The translations under genes and the position numbers were made by a program. 64,000 nt of DNA from Daphnia carinata (lineage: Eukaryota), in the NCBI RefSeq assembly GCF_022539665.2, contig NC_081332.1, positions 1,240,001 through 1,304,000 of the forward strand, read 5' to 3'. The notes under the pieces were generated by a model that saw only the letters and a program-made list of their open reading frames with translations, was not told the DNA's origin and made no database searches. Of this stretch, positions 36,101-48,470 are shown one piece after another; positions within the stretch are counted from its first letter, which is position 1; every line of letters begins with the position of its first letter.

Positions 36101-38662
36101 CGATGCGGAATCGCAAAACGCCACGGCTGTTGTAAAACTGGAGGACGTTGGCGTAGTGATGAAGCCCAGCAGAGGAGCTCTGAACGTGATGGTGACCCCC
36201 GAGGCAGAGTAATTCACCATCATTATTCCATTCCATCATGGGAGATGACAGTGGTCCCTTGTTCCAGCAAGGAACGTTTCCACTACCTGAATATCCGTCG
36301 GCTTCGTCGTCATCATCCACCGCGGAACAAGGATGGATGTCGTCGAAACCTTTAATCAAACTCAACCGGCCCCCCACAGTCAGGACGGCCAAGACATGAT
36401 GTTGATCCTCCACTAATCCCATGGAGAAAAATCCAATATTAAATAGGGGAAACTAAAAACGCGGTCATAAATCTTACCACCATTGGGCATGGAAGAGAGT
36501 AAATGGCCATCTGCAGATGTTGTTTGACGTGGTGCGTTAGTTGAAAGCGTCGATGACGTCGGTTCTTCCATTTTAAATCGCGGACAGTTCCACGCCAGCT
36601 GACGAATGCCATTGGCAGGTGATGTGTGGTTAGTGCTACTACTCGATATCGAACCAGGCGATATGCTAGTCGGTTCCGACATTTGAATTTGCGCTACGAC
36701 AGCGCCATTATGCACGTCCAACACGACGATTGATCCACTCGACGTTCCCAGATAAACCTGTTAAACGATTTCAAAATGAAATATTTTTTTCAAAAGATAT
36801 TTTTGAAAAGGAGAACCTGTTGATCATCAGGGGTCCAAGTTCCGGTGGTAATGATGGACTCTTGGTTGAGTACGGTCGACCAATAGCGCTGTCCAGCAAC
36901 GGAGCCAACGAGAACGAATCCATCCTATGGGTACAGCAATGCATCAACATCCCAATGCTGTTCATTTAAGCAGTAATAGAGCAAGGACAAGTAAGAAACA
37001 GATACGCCCCATAAAAGAGCGGAATTGCACATATATAAAAAAAAAAAAAAAGATGTTAGGGAGAAAAAGTCTCCTCTCTGGGGGCTTTTGTTCGAGAAGG
37101 AGACCATGATCCAATTTGCGACGCTCTGTCCCTCTTATCGATCTCTCCCACCCTCATGTATCTAGGAGCTTTGACGTCATGATCAATACTTACGTAAAAA
37201 GCCTCTCTGTCAACCCATCACACCAAAAGTATCTCCTTTCCAACCAAAAAAAAAAAAATAGGGGGGAGGGCCTTGCGTCGAATGAAAAGCCACCATCATT
37301 GACTTTTATTTATCGACAATGAACTTTATTGCGTTTTCTTTTACCTGGTAAGCGATGACTGCCATACGACCGTCGTGCGACCATGAAAAGTGGGTTACCT
37401 GTAAAATGTACCAATTAAAAGTCAATCGATACAAAACGTAATGGAAAATTCGATTGTTTAATTTAAATGATTCGTTTACGGGAGTGTTGCGATCGTTGAT
37501 GAGCTCGATGGACCAGCGGCCTTCGTAGCGGATCCAGACGAAGATGATGCCGGACACGTCGCACGTGGCCAACTTTTGGTACGGCTCGTTCCACCTCACC
37601 AAACTTATCTACACAATTCGCCATCATAAAAAATTAATTAATGATCCGTTTCCGCAAAAACACGTAAAAATATTGCGTAATGCTGTTTACCTGAGCTCGA
37701 TGTCCGCGCAAGTTGTAATTGGTGCGTGGCGGTAACGGAAGGTGTGGCGGAGTCGGCGGCAGACTGCCGGATATTTCATTACCATCTCCCGTCGAATTGG
37801 AGACGTTGCGATGAGGTAGTGTGCTCGTAAACGTGACTCCAACAACGCTCCTGTTGTTACCAGCCGCTAACCAGCCCTCTTGATAGTAACTGGTTCGATT
37901 CAACTTCCATCCGTGTCCCTTTTTTGAATCAAATTGTCAACAAACAAGCGATCATCATCAAAGGCACCCAAGTACAATATCCCGCTTGATTGAGAAGTAC
38001 AGCCCCCTTCTACATTCTTAAGGGAGTTCTCTTTAGTGCGGTCCCAATTCGCTCGAGCACACATTTTCAATCAACGTCTTAACGATGAAAAATCAATAAG
38101 ACTATTTTTGTTTGTAAGGAAAATATAAAAATTAGTACAGCCATTAAGGTTGAAATGTTGTTTTCCCTTTTTTGATGATTAAGTCATTCGCTTCAGTAAC
38201 AATAATCCTCCTCCCAACTCCCCACTGAATGTCCACCCCATCTTTCAATCGACCGTCCTCGTATAAAGCCATTTATACTGAGCGTGTGCTGGCTGTACCG
38301 TCGTGCGCGGTCGTTGTATTGATCGGAACTTTGCCCTCCTCCCGAACGTAACCCATGGAAGACTACGTGGTGAAGAAGAACAGGGAAAACTTTTGAGGTT
38401 TTTTTCTTCTTCACTTCTACTTTGAGCAGTGAAACAAAAGCTAGCGTGAAAAAAAAAAGGAAACAAAGAGGGACTTTACACTGTTGACCGCCACCTATTT
38501 TTACCCGGTTGTTTCGGCTCTCAAGTGGACTGAAAACTAATTAATTAGCCATGTGACACTTACCTCGGGCTGTTCATCGGGGACGCGTCCCATCCACGAT
38601 AGGGAATTGATGACCGAGTCGCAACGCAGTTGGCTACTAGGCTCCTCAAAATGCAGATGCAT
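33125..38662 (-). CDS. TULP4: Tubby-related protein 4 (WD40 - SOCS box - tubby-like), multi-exon
   Basis: MHLHFEE...[79 protein letters not shown] (SOCS box); [17 protein letters not shown]-terminus [35 protein letters not shown]. Confidence 0.93.
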
Positions 38663-39162
38663 CTTGCGATGCAAGGAATTTTTTTTGCTTCGGACGGGAA
38701 CTTGTTCTTCAGACGCCAGGCAATTCAACAACTCGCACGGTGAACTTGATCAATAAAAAAAAATAAATAATAATTACGGGAACGAGATAACAGGAAACAT
38801 GTGTAGAGATAACACTAGATACTGATAGAGGATTTAGGACGAGAGTTGACGGGCGACGTACGTGTTGACCCGTCGGCAACTCTGCACAACTACCCGCCGA
38901 CGCTGTAAACCTGTTCATTTCGGTGCCTTTCACGGTTGAAAAGATCCAGGGGGGTGGGGTGCACGGAAGGGAGGTGGGGAGCCTTCATCCTCTTAAGACG
39001 TCGCAAGCGTCGTCGCCGATTCTGCGCATCCAGCGCAAGGACGATAGAAAATTCCGTTGGTCTTTCAGCGACATCTATTATCAACTGAAGCAACTTCAAT
39101 GCGTTCCGCAATAACATCAATCGTTCATAAATCGTAATTTGTATTCTAATTAAAATAATTCT

Positions 39163-40200
39163 CTAAAATGCTTCGTGGAAAGCGCTGAGTATAGGTAATC
39201 GGTAAAAAGGATGACAATGCACTTCAAAATCAGCGACATCCACTTCCGTATAGGCCTGCCCATCTGTTAATATGCACCCGAAACTGTTAATAAACGCAGA
39301 AGTTGAACAAGTAAACAATGACGACCAACCTTCAAATTCCAAGATGACTTTTTCTGGCAGGATTTCATTAGGTTGATAATTCAGTTGAATGCGAATAATG
39401 AAGCTTTTGCTGTTCTCGTCCGATACTCTCACTCGCACCAATACGTTTAACGTATCCTTTGAAAATGTGATGGTCCGATCAACGCTATCTCCGAATTCAG
39501 CCTATAAGTAATAAATCGTCAGGTAAGCAAAAGCCTCTCTTACATTTTTTAGAAACAATACTGCAAACCTCGAGCTCCTTGATCTGTTGTTGCCGATTAA
39601 CGAAACTATCTACCAAGATGGATATATCCCAGACCAGGCGATCAAGAGGTTTGGTTTCATCCATATCTGACATATGGATGGATTCTGGCAAAAAACATTC
39701 GTCTACTTCGTAACCTTAAAATGTCCATTGCAAACGAATGTAAAGTCAATATTAATATTTAAACCCATGTTTAAAAATTAAATATACCTTTCTGGGTGAA
39801 TTTCACAGTCATTGCGTATGTCTGGTAGTTTGTGGATTTATACATTGAGTGGAAATGGAACGTACACGCTTTGTCGCTGCATTTATTCACCGAGATCCCT
39901 ACGGTAGTGAATAGCATTGAAATCAGATCCTTTTTGTCGTCGGATTAAAAGAAAAAAAAAAAAGATTCTAAGAGCCAAACCGGAGAATTTTGTCGCCTCG
40001 TGAATCCATTTCCAGTTTGCAACTTGACGGTCTTCCATGATGCGTGTCTGTTTCATCAACGCTTCCTTTTCCAGTTCCAACTCAACCAGCTGCCCACGTA
40101 ACTTCGTCACTTCTGATTGAAGCTGTTCCAGCTCAGTACCTTGTGCGGCTTCGTCTTCTTCGCCCCCTGACGAACGTTCTTCTTCCTCTCCAGCTTCCAT
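39163..40200 (-). CDS. Probable centromere protein O (CENP-O/Mcm21)-like, coiled coil plus RWD, multi-exon
   Basis: N-terminal coiled coil (ELEQLQSEVTKLRGQLVELE), KFSGL, LVDSFVNRQQQIKELE, IQLNYQPNEILPEKV and terminal FYRLPILSAFHEAF resemble CENP-O by eye. Confidence 0.45.
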
Positions 40201-40510
40201 ATTATTGTTGTACTGGCTCACGTTCCGCAACCACTAAATCACAATCTGAAAAAAAAAAAGAGAAATCGATTGATTATATTAAATCGATCTAGTCGAGACG
40301 GGTTTGCTACTGCGGGAGGGGGGAAAAGCACAGCACAAACGGGACAGGCAGATCAGTCGTGACCCGTCAAGGCCACAATAGACACACACGTGTGGTAGGA
40401 ATATCGTTCATATTTACCGTCTGCGCAATTCACTGGGTGTTTGTTTTCCCTTATCCTCGTGCCCGGTTTGATTTTTCGTTTGCTGCGAAAACAATACAAT
40501 TGCAACCGAA

Positions 40511-42714
40511 ATGAATACACCTGCGTTACACCTTGCGGATCCAAAGAAACTTCAACAGGTATTTCCTTTACTGCAGACCTACAAGATAAGACTTCAAGTC
40601 AATTATTTCCTGTTAAGTTATTTTTTCAATTAAAATGCAAATTTTTTTCATTTTCCGGACGAATGAGCTTAAGTTGTGTTCCCTACAGTTATCAGAAGGG
40701 AACTCGGGAGGGCAGGCGACGATAAACATTAAGGATGATTGATTGACAACCTGATAACTAAATGAAAGATTTTTTCTTTACTTGCTTCAACAGGTTCTTG
40801 AATTGTTACAAGGCCTTGTCCTAACAGCAGAGACACAGAAGAAGATTAGGGATGTTTTCGAGTCTGAGATGGAACTAGGGTTGGCCAAAAACCCTCCTGT
40901 GCCCTCTTCCTTGCAGATGGAAAACACTTTCTTGCCTGAACTCTGTGATGGCTCGGGTTTGACACTTCACTAATTTATTCTTAAATAAATCAGCAAACAG
41001 GATGTTTTCCCTGATTTCAGAGGAGGGAGATTATTTGTCTCTAGATCTCGGAGGGACAAACTTCCGGGTTATTTGGCTAAGCATCAAGTCTGGTGCTGTG
41101 ATTAGTGAAGAAGTTCAATACTACCAGGTGCCAGAGGATGTGCGTCTGGGGCCCGGGGTCAAGTTGTTTGATTTTCTTGCCGAATGCATCCACAATTTTA
41201 TGGATGACAGGCAGCTGAAGGGACAGAACCTGCCGTTGGGCTTCACATTCTCCTTCCCCATGACCCAACGTGGACTGGATGTTGGCATCCTAGTCTCTTG
41301 GACCAAATCTTTCAACTGCTCTGGTGTCGTCGGCGAAGATGCCGTCAAAATGCTCAACGACGCTATTCACCGACGTAAAGACACTGACGTGGACGTTATC
41401 GCCGTTTTGAACGATACAACAGGTAAAATTTTGCTTACGATCAGAACAGGATATTCTATAACGCTTCCCAAAACTGGGTTTCACTAAATAATCTCAGATA
41501 AGTATTGAATTTACCTCGTGATTAACTTTCTGCCTTGACGAGTTTTCCCAATCTGAATAGCAACGTCACAATTCTCCAGAGGAAAACTTTTAGGCGCGTT
41601 TTTCACGAACCACAGTTGCCAAATCGCACCTATTCGCCAAATGAATTTTACATTATAAATATTTTTTTCTTAACATTTTTTATCTTTGTAAAATAAAAGG
41701 AACTCTGGTGCAAGGAGCTTTCGTAGACAGAAAATGCGCCATCGGGTTGATTCTCGGCACGGGAAGCAACGCTTGTTACATCGAACGAGCTGATCGCATC
41801 GAAAAGTGGGAAGGGAAAGATAAGGACGTCGAAGAGGTTCTTATCCTTTTCCAAATGCCTTTTAAAGGGAAGCCCTAATGTTCTTCATTTCGCTAACAGG
41901 TCGTTATAGATGTCGAATGGGGTGCTTTCGGCGACAATGGTGTGCTCGACTTTATCAAAACAGAATACGACAAAGAAGTCGATCGAAATTCTCTGCTTGT
42001 TGGATCTTTCACGTAAAGCTCTTGATACTCTTTTTTTTGGAGGATTGTTTAACTCTAAATTTACCTCAGGTTTGAAAAGCATTTTGGAGGGAAATACCTC
42101 GGCGAAATTGTGCGTTGCATTCTAGTTCGTCTGACAAAAGAAGGACTCCTCTTTCAAGGCAATGCATCCCAACACCTCCTACGACACGGCGCCTTCACGA
42201 CTCGCTACGTTTCGATGATAGAAGAGTTTGTTTTACCTACTATTTGAAATTATTACAGTTGTTAATAACAAATTTATCTTAGGGACAACGTGAACGGTGT
42301 CGATACCAACACTACCACTGCATTGAAAGAGCTCGAGCTAAGCTTTAATCAGGAGGACATAGACATCGTAAAATACATCTGTTGGCTCGTATCAGACAGG
42401 GCAGCCATCCTCGTTTCCATCTGTAAATAGATTTTAAATTATGAAGTGTCTGAAAATGAAAGAACTTTTCATTACAAAAAGGTACGGCATCACTTTTGGA
42501 GCGGATGAATCGACCGGAAACGACAGTAGCGATTGATGGATCTCTCTTCAAGCACCATCCTCGTCTTAAATCATTCATGGAGAAATACATTGCCGCCATG
42601 GCACCAGCAAACAAGTTCAAACTAATGCTTGCCGAGGATGGAAGTGGAAAAGGTGCTGGGCTTATAGCAGCTATTGCCAGCAGGTTGAAGAAATTACAAG
42701 CCAAGGCCAACTAA
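40511..42714 (+). CDS. Hex: Hexokinase, multi-exon
   Basis: [90 protein letters not shown]. First exon [16 protein letters not shown] ends at a GT donor. Confidence 0.95.
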
Positions 42715-42898
42715 GAAAAAGAATTAATCAGTTGGCTATTACATTCCAAACACAGAATTATTTGTTTGTCTTGTGAAACAAAAACATAAAAACGATCATG
42801 AAAATTATAAACCGTCTAGTTTTCTCTCCAGTGTACTTCCAATTCCATCGATACAAGCTATTCACACTATTAGGGTTTCTCTTTCCACTCCCGACATT

Positions 42899-43509
42899 TT
42901 ATTCGCAAGCCTTAACCAAGGCTTCGGATACTTCGATGCTGATTTCAGCTTCAGCTTTTGCCACATCAGAAGATGCTGAAGCCAACTGGCTTTGGGATTG
43001 AGCTAAAAGCTCCCTGGCTGCGCTGATGTCGAGGTCGCCGACTGGCACGGCTTCTTCCGCCAGCAGTTGCACTACACAATTTATGTGTTCATCACTGGGA
43101 ATTCATAATTTTTTAACTGGTTTTACCTGTGGAATCTTCGTTGATGGTGACGGTACCACTGGAAACAAAGAATTTCTTGGCAGCACCATCATTTTCGTAG
43201 ACGGTGACTACACCAGGCTTCAGAACAGCCAAGGTGGGTACGTGGGCGGGCAGAATACCAAAACTTCCACTGAAGGATGGCACATCTACTTGTTTGACAG
43301 AGGCATTGTTATACAGAACCTGAATATACAATTTTTAACCATTAATATAAAAATATTTCTTGGCAGCTTTATTCTATTAGGCTGAATGATACCTGGGAAG
43401 GTGCTGCGAATGTAAGGGACATTGAAGGTGCATCAGCATATCCGCGAACCTGGCAGGCCTGAGCAAACCGGTTGGAGAAAAGTCGTACTGCTGAGCGAGT
43501 CAATGCCAT
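42899..43509 (-). CDS. ATP5F1D: Mitochondrial ATP synthase F1 subunit delta, 3 exons
   Basis: Transit peptide MALTRSAVRLFS..RGYAD; MSLTFAAP; VKQVDVPSFSGSFGILPAHVPTLAVLKPGVVTV; FFVSSGTVTINEDS; LLAEEAVP. Confidence 0.95.
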
Positions 43510-44788
43510 TCTGTCAAATGTGATCTATAAATATTCACACAGATTATTAAATAGTAATAGCAGTAAATGTTTTTCCCGAGCAGCCAAGATAGGTCGGTTA
43601 CGGTGGAGCGGGAAATGAATATATTATAACACGTACAGGGGTGGAAAATGTTTGTCAAAAGCTAAAGGGCAATATCGTTCAAAGCTTTTCGTATTAAAAG
43701 GGTAAATTTTTATAATTGAAATGCATTAAAATTGTCTGATAAAAGCAAATTTTTGTTACCGTGCAGCCGGAAACGTGAACTAACACCAGATGGCAGGACG
43801 ACGAAGAAAGCGATGGGCAATTTTACTCGATCCCTAAACACCAACCATTCCATTCCCTGAAGTAAGAACTTTCCTTAATCTAAATGAATTTGATTGACAT
43901 TCATATTTGATTTTTCAAGTCTAAAATTCAAATTCTAAAATTACGTTAGAGATTTACTTGAAAACATTAGCTAAAAAAAATAAAGCAAAGGCCGCCACGA
44001 ATGAGTTCAACTGCAGTTATAATTGCTACCACCATGGCGCTTGCGACATCGCTCATTTGCACGAGTTAGCGAAAACCCTTGAACATATTGTGCTCTTATT
44101 TAACAAAATTAATAGAGCATTTTTTAGTTAGAAATGAAAAATACGTGTAACTTTTCTTATTGTGAACTTGGTTTTTTCATAAATGATCAAAATCCATGTA
44201 ATTGTCAATAAGTGACATTCCCCTGGTTTGGTGGTAACCTTAGATTGAGCTTGCGAATCCACTTGATGGACGTGTTATCAAAGTGAGCTGCATAACACAA
44301 AAACAAGACGTTAACGGTGTTGAGCAAAGGCGTTTCGTTTATTAAATGGAAATGCAGTGAGTTCCAGTGAACACAAAGCAGTTGCAATTCCAATCTTCTC
44401 AATAAGTTAAAACTTGTCATTATACTGATCAGTATGCTGGAAATTATATTCAAATTTCGTACCTTTGGATAAACAGCTTTCAGATACGAAGTTAGCTTAC
44501 GACAAACAAGAACGCCCTCAGGAATTGATTTGTTATTGATCACCTGATGCACTTTTTATCGAAAATAAAATTTACATATTCTTCGCTTCACAAATTGTAT
44601 TGCCTCATAAATAATCATATATTTTCAGTTCTCTTTCAGTTGATCCATTATTTAGTTACGAAACAATCAAGGTTATATGAAATTTAGTTCATAAACAAAA
44701 AATCCTCCAAAATCCACGACTCTGATGTAAAACAAGTTCTCGTATAAAATAAATCTTGACATTTCCAACACATTAGAATAACATTTTT

Positions 44789-46557
44789 TTAAACGTTACT
44801 GTCGTCATCAAAGTTCTCTGGCGAAATCATCATGATACTTTTCAGTAGAAAATAAGCAACTTTTTCGTATGGATTATCACTTTGATTGGAAACTGTCAAA
44901 GTCTTCTTGGGAGTGTTTGGATGTTGCTGGTGATGGTTGATAGGCAGACACAGTAGCTGATGATGATCTTGTTCGTCCTTCTCCGATTCTTTAGGACTTG
45001 ACTGGGCAGCTGGCAAGCAAGACGGTGTCATTTCAATGGCGGGGTACACAATAGTCTTGATCGTTCCATCTTCCAGTGGCGATGAAAGTGGAACTAGACC
45101 GATCTGGTAATAGCTGTATTGCTCATTGGAACACCAACGTGCCTCTTCCGAAAACCCGTGAAATGCTCTACTAATTATTCCGAGACGCTCTTTCCCGGAT
45201 GAGATGGCCGGAAAAACTGGAAGTTTATAAACCGGTTCCAAGTTGCCAATCAAATTTTGAATGCGTTCCATCAGCGGATCTGAGATGTAGTCAACTTTCA
45301 AGACGAATACTCTGGCTCGTTTTTCACAACTGGATGGAGGTCGAGACTCGATTTCCGCCATGTCGAACATTCCCATCTGGTGGCCTTTCAGCATCAAACA
45401 GATGGCGTCAATCTCACTGCGACGTTGGATCAGCCAATCTACCATATCTGATAGTAAAACACAATCAGAAATAGTTTTGACGTCTTTTGAAACTTGGTCT
45501 TGGATACATTTCTTTGCAATAATGTTAAGGTCATATTGCATTATTTCGCTTTCAGCTGGTTCCAGTAATTCGATGAACTGACATATCGCTCTTTCAAAAG
45601 GAGGAACTCGATTAAGAAATGGATGTTTTGCTATCCTGTGACTCTCCTTCATAATCCAGTGCCATTTCCTTTCAATTTTCAGTCTCTTATCAGTTAGTCT
45701 GTCCAGCACAATCCGAGTTTCAATTTGTTTAGGAATTTGGCGCCGTACGATGTAAATGGGACGCCACAATTTCGCAGGTTGATTATCTTCTTTGAAATTG
45801 ATGACGTCCTTAAGAAATTCGCAAGACAGTCGAAACGAACTCTCTGTCGGTTGAACATCTTCTAGGCTGCTGAGTATTCGGCAAGACACTTTTTCTAATT
45901 CAATTGGCGGCTCGGTATTGATTGCCTTCGGTCCGATAATGCGATCGAAATAAGCTTTGGCCACCAGGTAAATGTTTTCTTCAGCGCTGTCCTTTGTCTC
46001 TCGCCTCCAGTCGACAGGTCTTCGCATGGAACAAATCAGCTCGGCTCCGTAGACAACCTGTTCGACCAAATGCGTGGCCCATCCACCGCTGTCTAGTTGA
46101 TAGTTGTATATTTTGGAGTTGAAAAAATGTTGATCGAGTGTTTCAGTCCGACGGATGACACGGAAGAAGACAGTGACTAGCGCCTCATTTTCGTCGCCTT
46201 CTGACGGACTAGCTTTCAGAAAATCGGCGAACCAAAGAAGATTCAAATCGACAGACCCTTGTTCGATGCTCTCCCTTAAATGCGAGTTGATGCCAAGCAA
46301 AGAAGGTTTGAATTTGGCAGGTTGATTAAAGAAAAAGTACCGTTCCGTTTCGGGAATTAATTTGTGCTCGATGCGTATGCACTCGCCCGGTACTAAAATA
46401 CTACCTAATCGATTTAAAGATAATTAGAAATTAATGAAGTAGTTAATTTATTTTAAAACATCTTACTTTTCAAGATAGTGTCTGTATAATAGTTGTACAA
46501 ATCTCCAACTAGTACGTCACGTCCTAGTGCCGAAACCGATATCCGACTGCAATCCAT
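44789..46557 (-). CDS. Stonustoxin/verrucotoxin-like (MACPF-related N-terminal domain) protein
   Basis: Exon 1 MDCSRISVSALGRDVLVGDLYNYYTDTIL resembles the stonustoxin-type ALGR.F.LG.LYD start. Intron at ~46466-46406. The long ORF has ATHLVEQVVYGAELICSM (family ATHVV..I.YGA motif). The 3' end is uncertain. Confidence 0.6.
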
Positions 46558-47820
46558 TAGCGAAACGCTGCGTTTTTTATTGGTCTCGCGAACGTAACCA
46601 AAAGGTCAATGGAAACGAATCACTTCACAGGTCATTACGCAATGAATTCTGTTCCATTCTGCAGGCTGTAATTACCTAAAAAAAAAATAAATAGCCGATG
46701 TTGCACGTCAATTGTTTGAACTCAATTGCCAAACAACAACAAAATAAAGCACTTGAGTAATGTCTGACACTGCGACAGCCAGCACTGTAGCGAATGAAAT
46801 CCACAGACAAACTGAATAAGAAAAGATGAAACAAAGCCCCAAAGGGAACAAGTTGTTTTGTAAAAACAACAACACAAAAAAAGGCTATGATCCAACAATA
46901 TTCGACGACCCGACAATGCCAGTTTTCTTTGGGATTGCCAAACGTACATAAGGAAGAACTGGACAAGAAAGGATGACCTAAACAGGAATCCCGATTGTAT
47001 TCGATTACGTGGCTTGAAAAAAAAAACATTAGAATTTTATTCTCATTGCAAGAGCTAGGTTATTCCCTTAATAAAAAAAAATGTCAACCAGTGAAGCTCG
47101 AACCGGTCCTTTTTTTTTTATAATTGCGCTGTTTTTAATTCCGTAGAAAGCGTGTGAAATGGTGTGGAGCGTGATATGGTTAGACAGCTCTTCTTGCATA
47201 TTGTGATGCGCTGTCATTCTTCAAGGATATGTAGCGGTGGCTTAGTTGTCAACCTCATCCCGATTCTTATCTACAAGCAACAAGTTCCCTACAAACAATT
47301 TGGCTCATACTTGTACGTTTTTCGAAGCACGTACAAGTCAACCGATTTTGTTTTTTCCCCTTTACCACGAGTAAAAAGTAACCCGAATTCTTTTTCAAAC
47401 CTGCTACCAAATTGGGGAAAATGACGAAAAGGAATGGGGTGCGGTTCTACACGAAGATATGTTCGTTGTTGTGGGGCAAAGATAAATATCTAGATCTATT
47501 GGGATGTGATACTAGTCACTTGATGTAGCATTTTGGCATTTTTCTTTGCATCGGCATCCTGACCGTTGTTTTTACTTGATCGTTCTACTGTAGGAGCCAA
47601 CCATTTGAAATGGTTCATTTGCACAGCAAAAATTATTCGAAAACCGGTTGTGCCGAGCTTCAAAAACCGTCTCTGGGGCAGAAGATTACCCAACAGTTTC
47701 AAGTACCACGAACACATTTTACGAAATGATAAAATATGAATAATGGTTGGCCTGAAGAACAATGCCGACAAGCCACTAAATCATAACTAGAATTCTACAC
47801 CTATTCAATAAATCGGAAGG

Positions 47821-48470
47821 TACCTTGTTTTTCTCCTCGATTCCGTCTTGTGCGTTCGTTGGTGACGTCCACACCTGTATGCACTCGAGTTTCTATGCTA
47901 CTTGAAATGGTCCATCTAAAAACAAGTGTCCAAATTAACTCTATTTTCATTGTGGTTTATCCTTTTTTTTAAACCCACCTTTTGACAACGCCCCGGATGA
48001 TCAAGTCCTCGTTGAATTGATCTCATTAAAACCGGAAGAACATCAATGCTACGACAACGTGGGTAGGAAATCTGGTTTGTGAATGTAGTGAATTAGTTGC
48101 AAAAGAAAACTCAAGTTTTGTTTATGTACCTTGTTCAAGTCGTGCCAGACCTCGTGCCGTTTTCAATTCGCAGCAGAGTTTTCCATGATCACATCGTTGA
48201 CAGGCTAGGAGAAAACTTTTATGACTGATTCACAAGGTATTGTATAGATTATCTCACTCTTTCAAGTTCGATCGAATAAAATATGTGTCGATATCCTTGT
48301 TGCTCCCGTCGCATTCGACACAGTTGCAGGACGTCCACATGTGAGCAAACTGGTTCCCGAAATGGTATGGATATTGGGTGTGGAACCATCATCTCCCGGA
48401 ACGGAACCCAATAAGATAAATGAGGGACTCGCTCCGGCAGCTGTATAATTTTCTTATCGTTCAGTCATCG
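47821..48470 (-). CDS. Short multi-exon gene or pseudogene of unknown function
   Basis: Regular exon-like blocks separated by ~60-bp GT-AG introns (donors near 48258, 48129, 47979, 47824); at least one in-frame stop; no recognisable domain. Confidence 0.25.
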
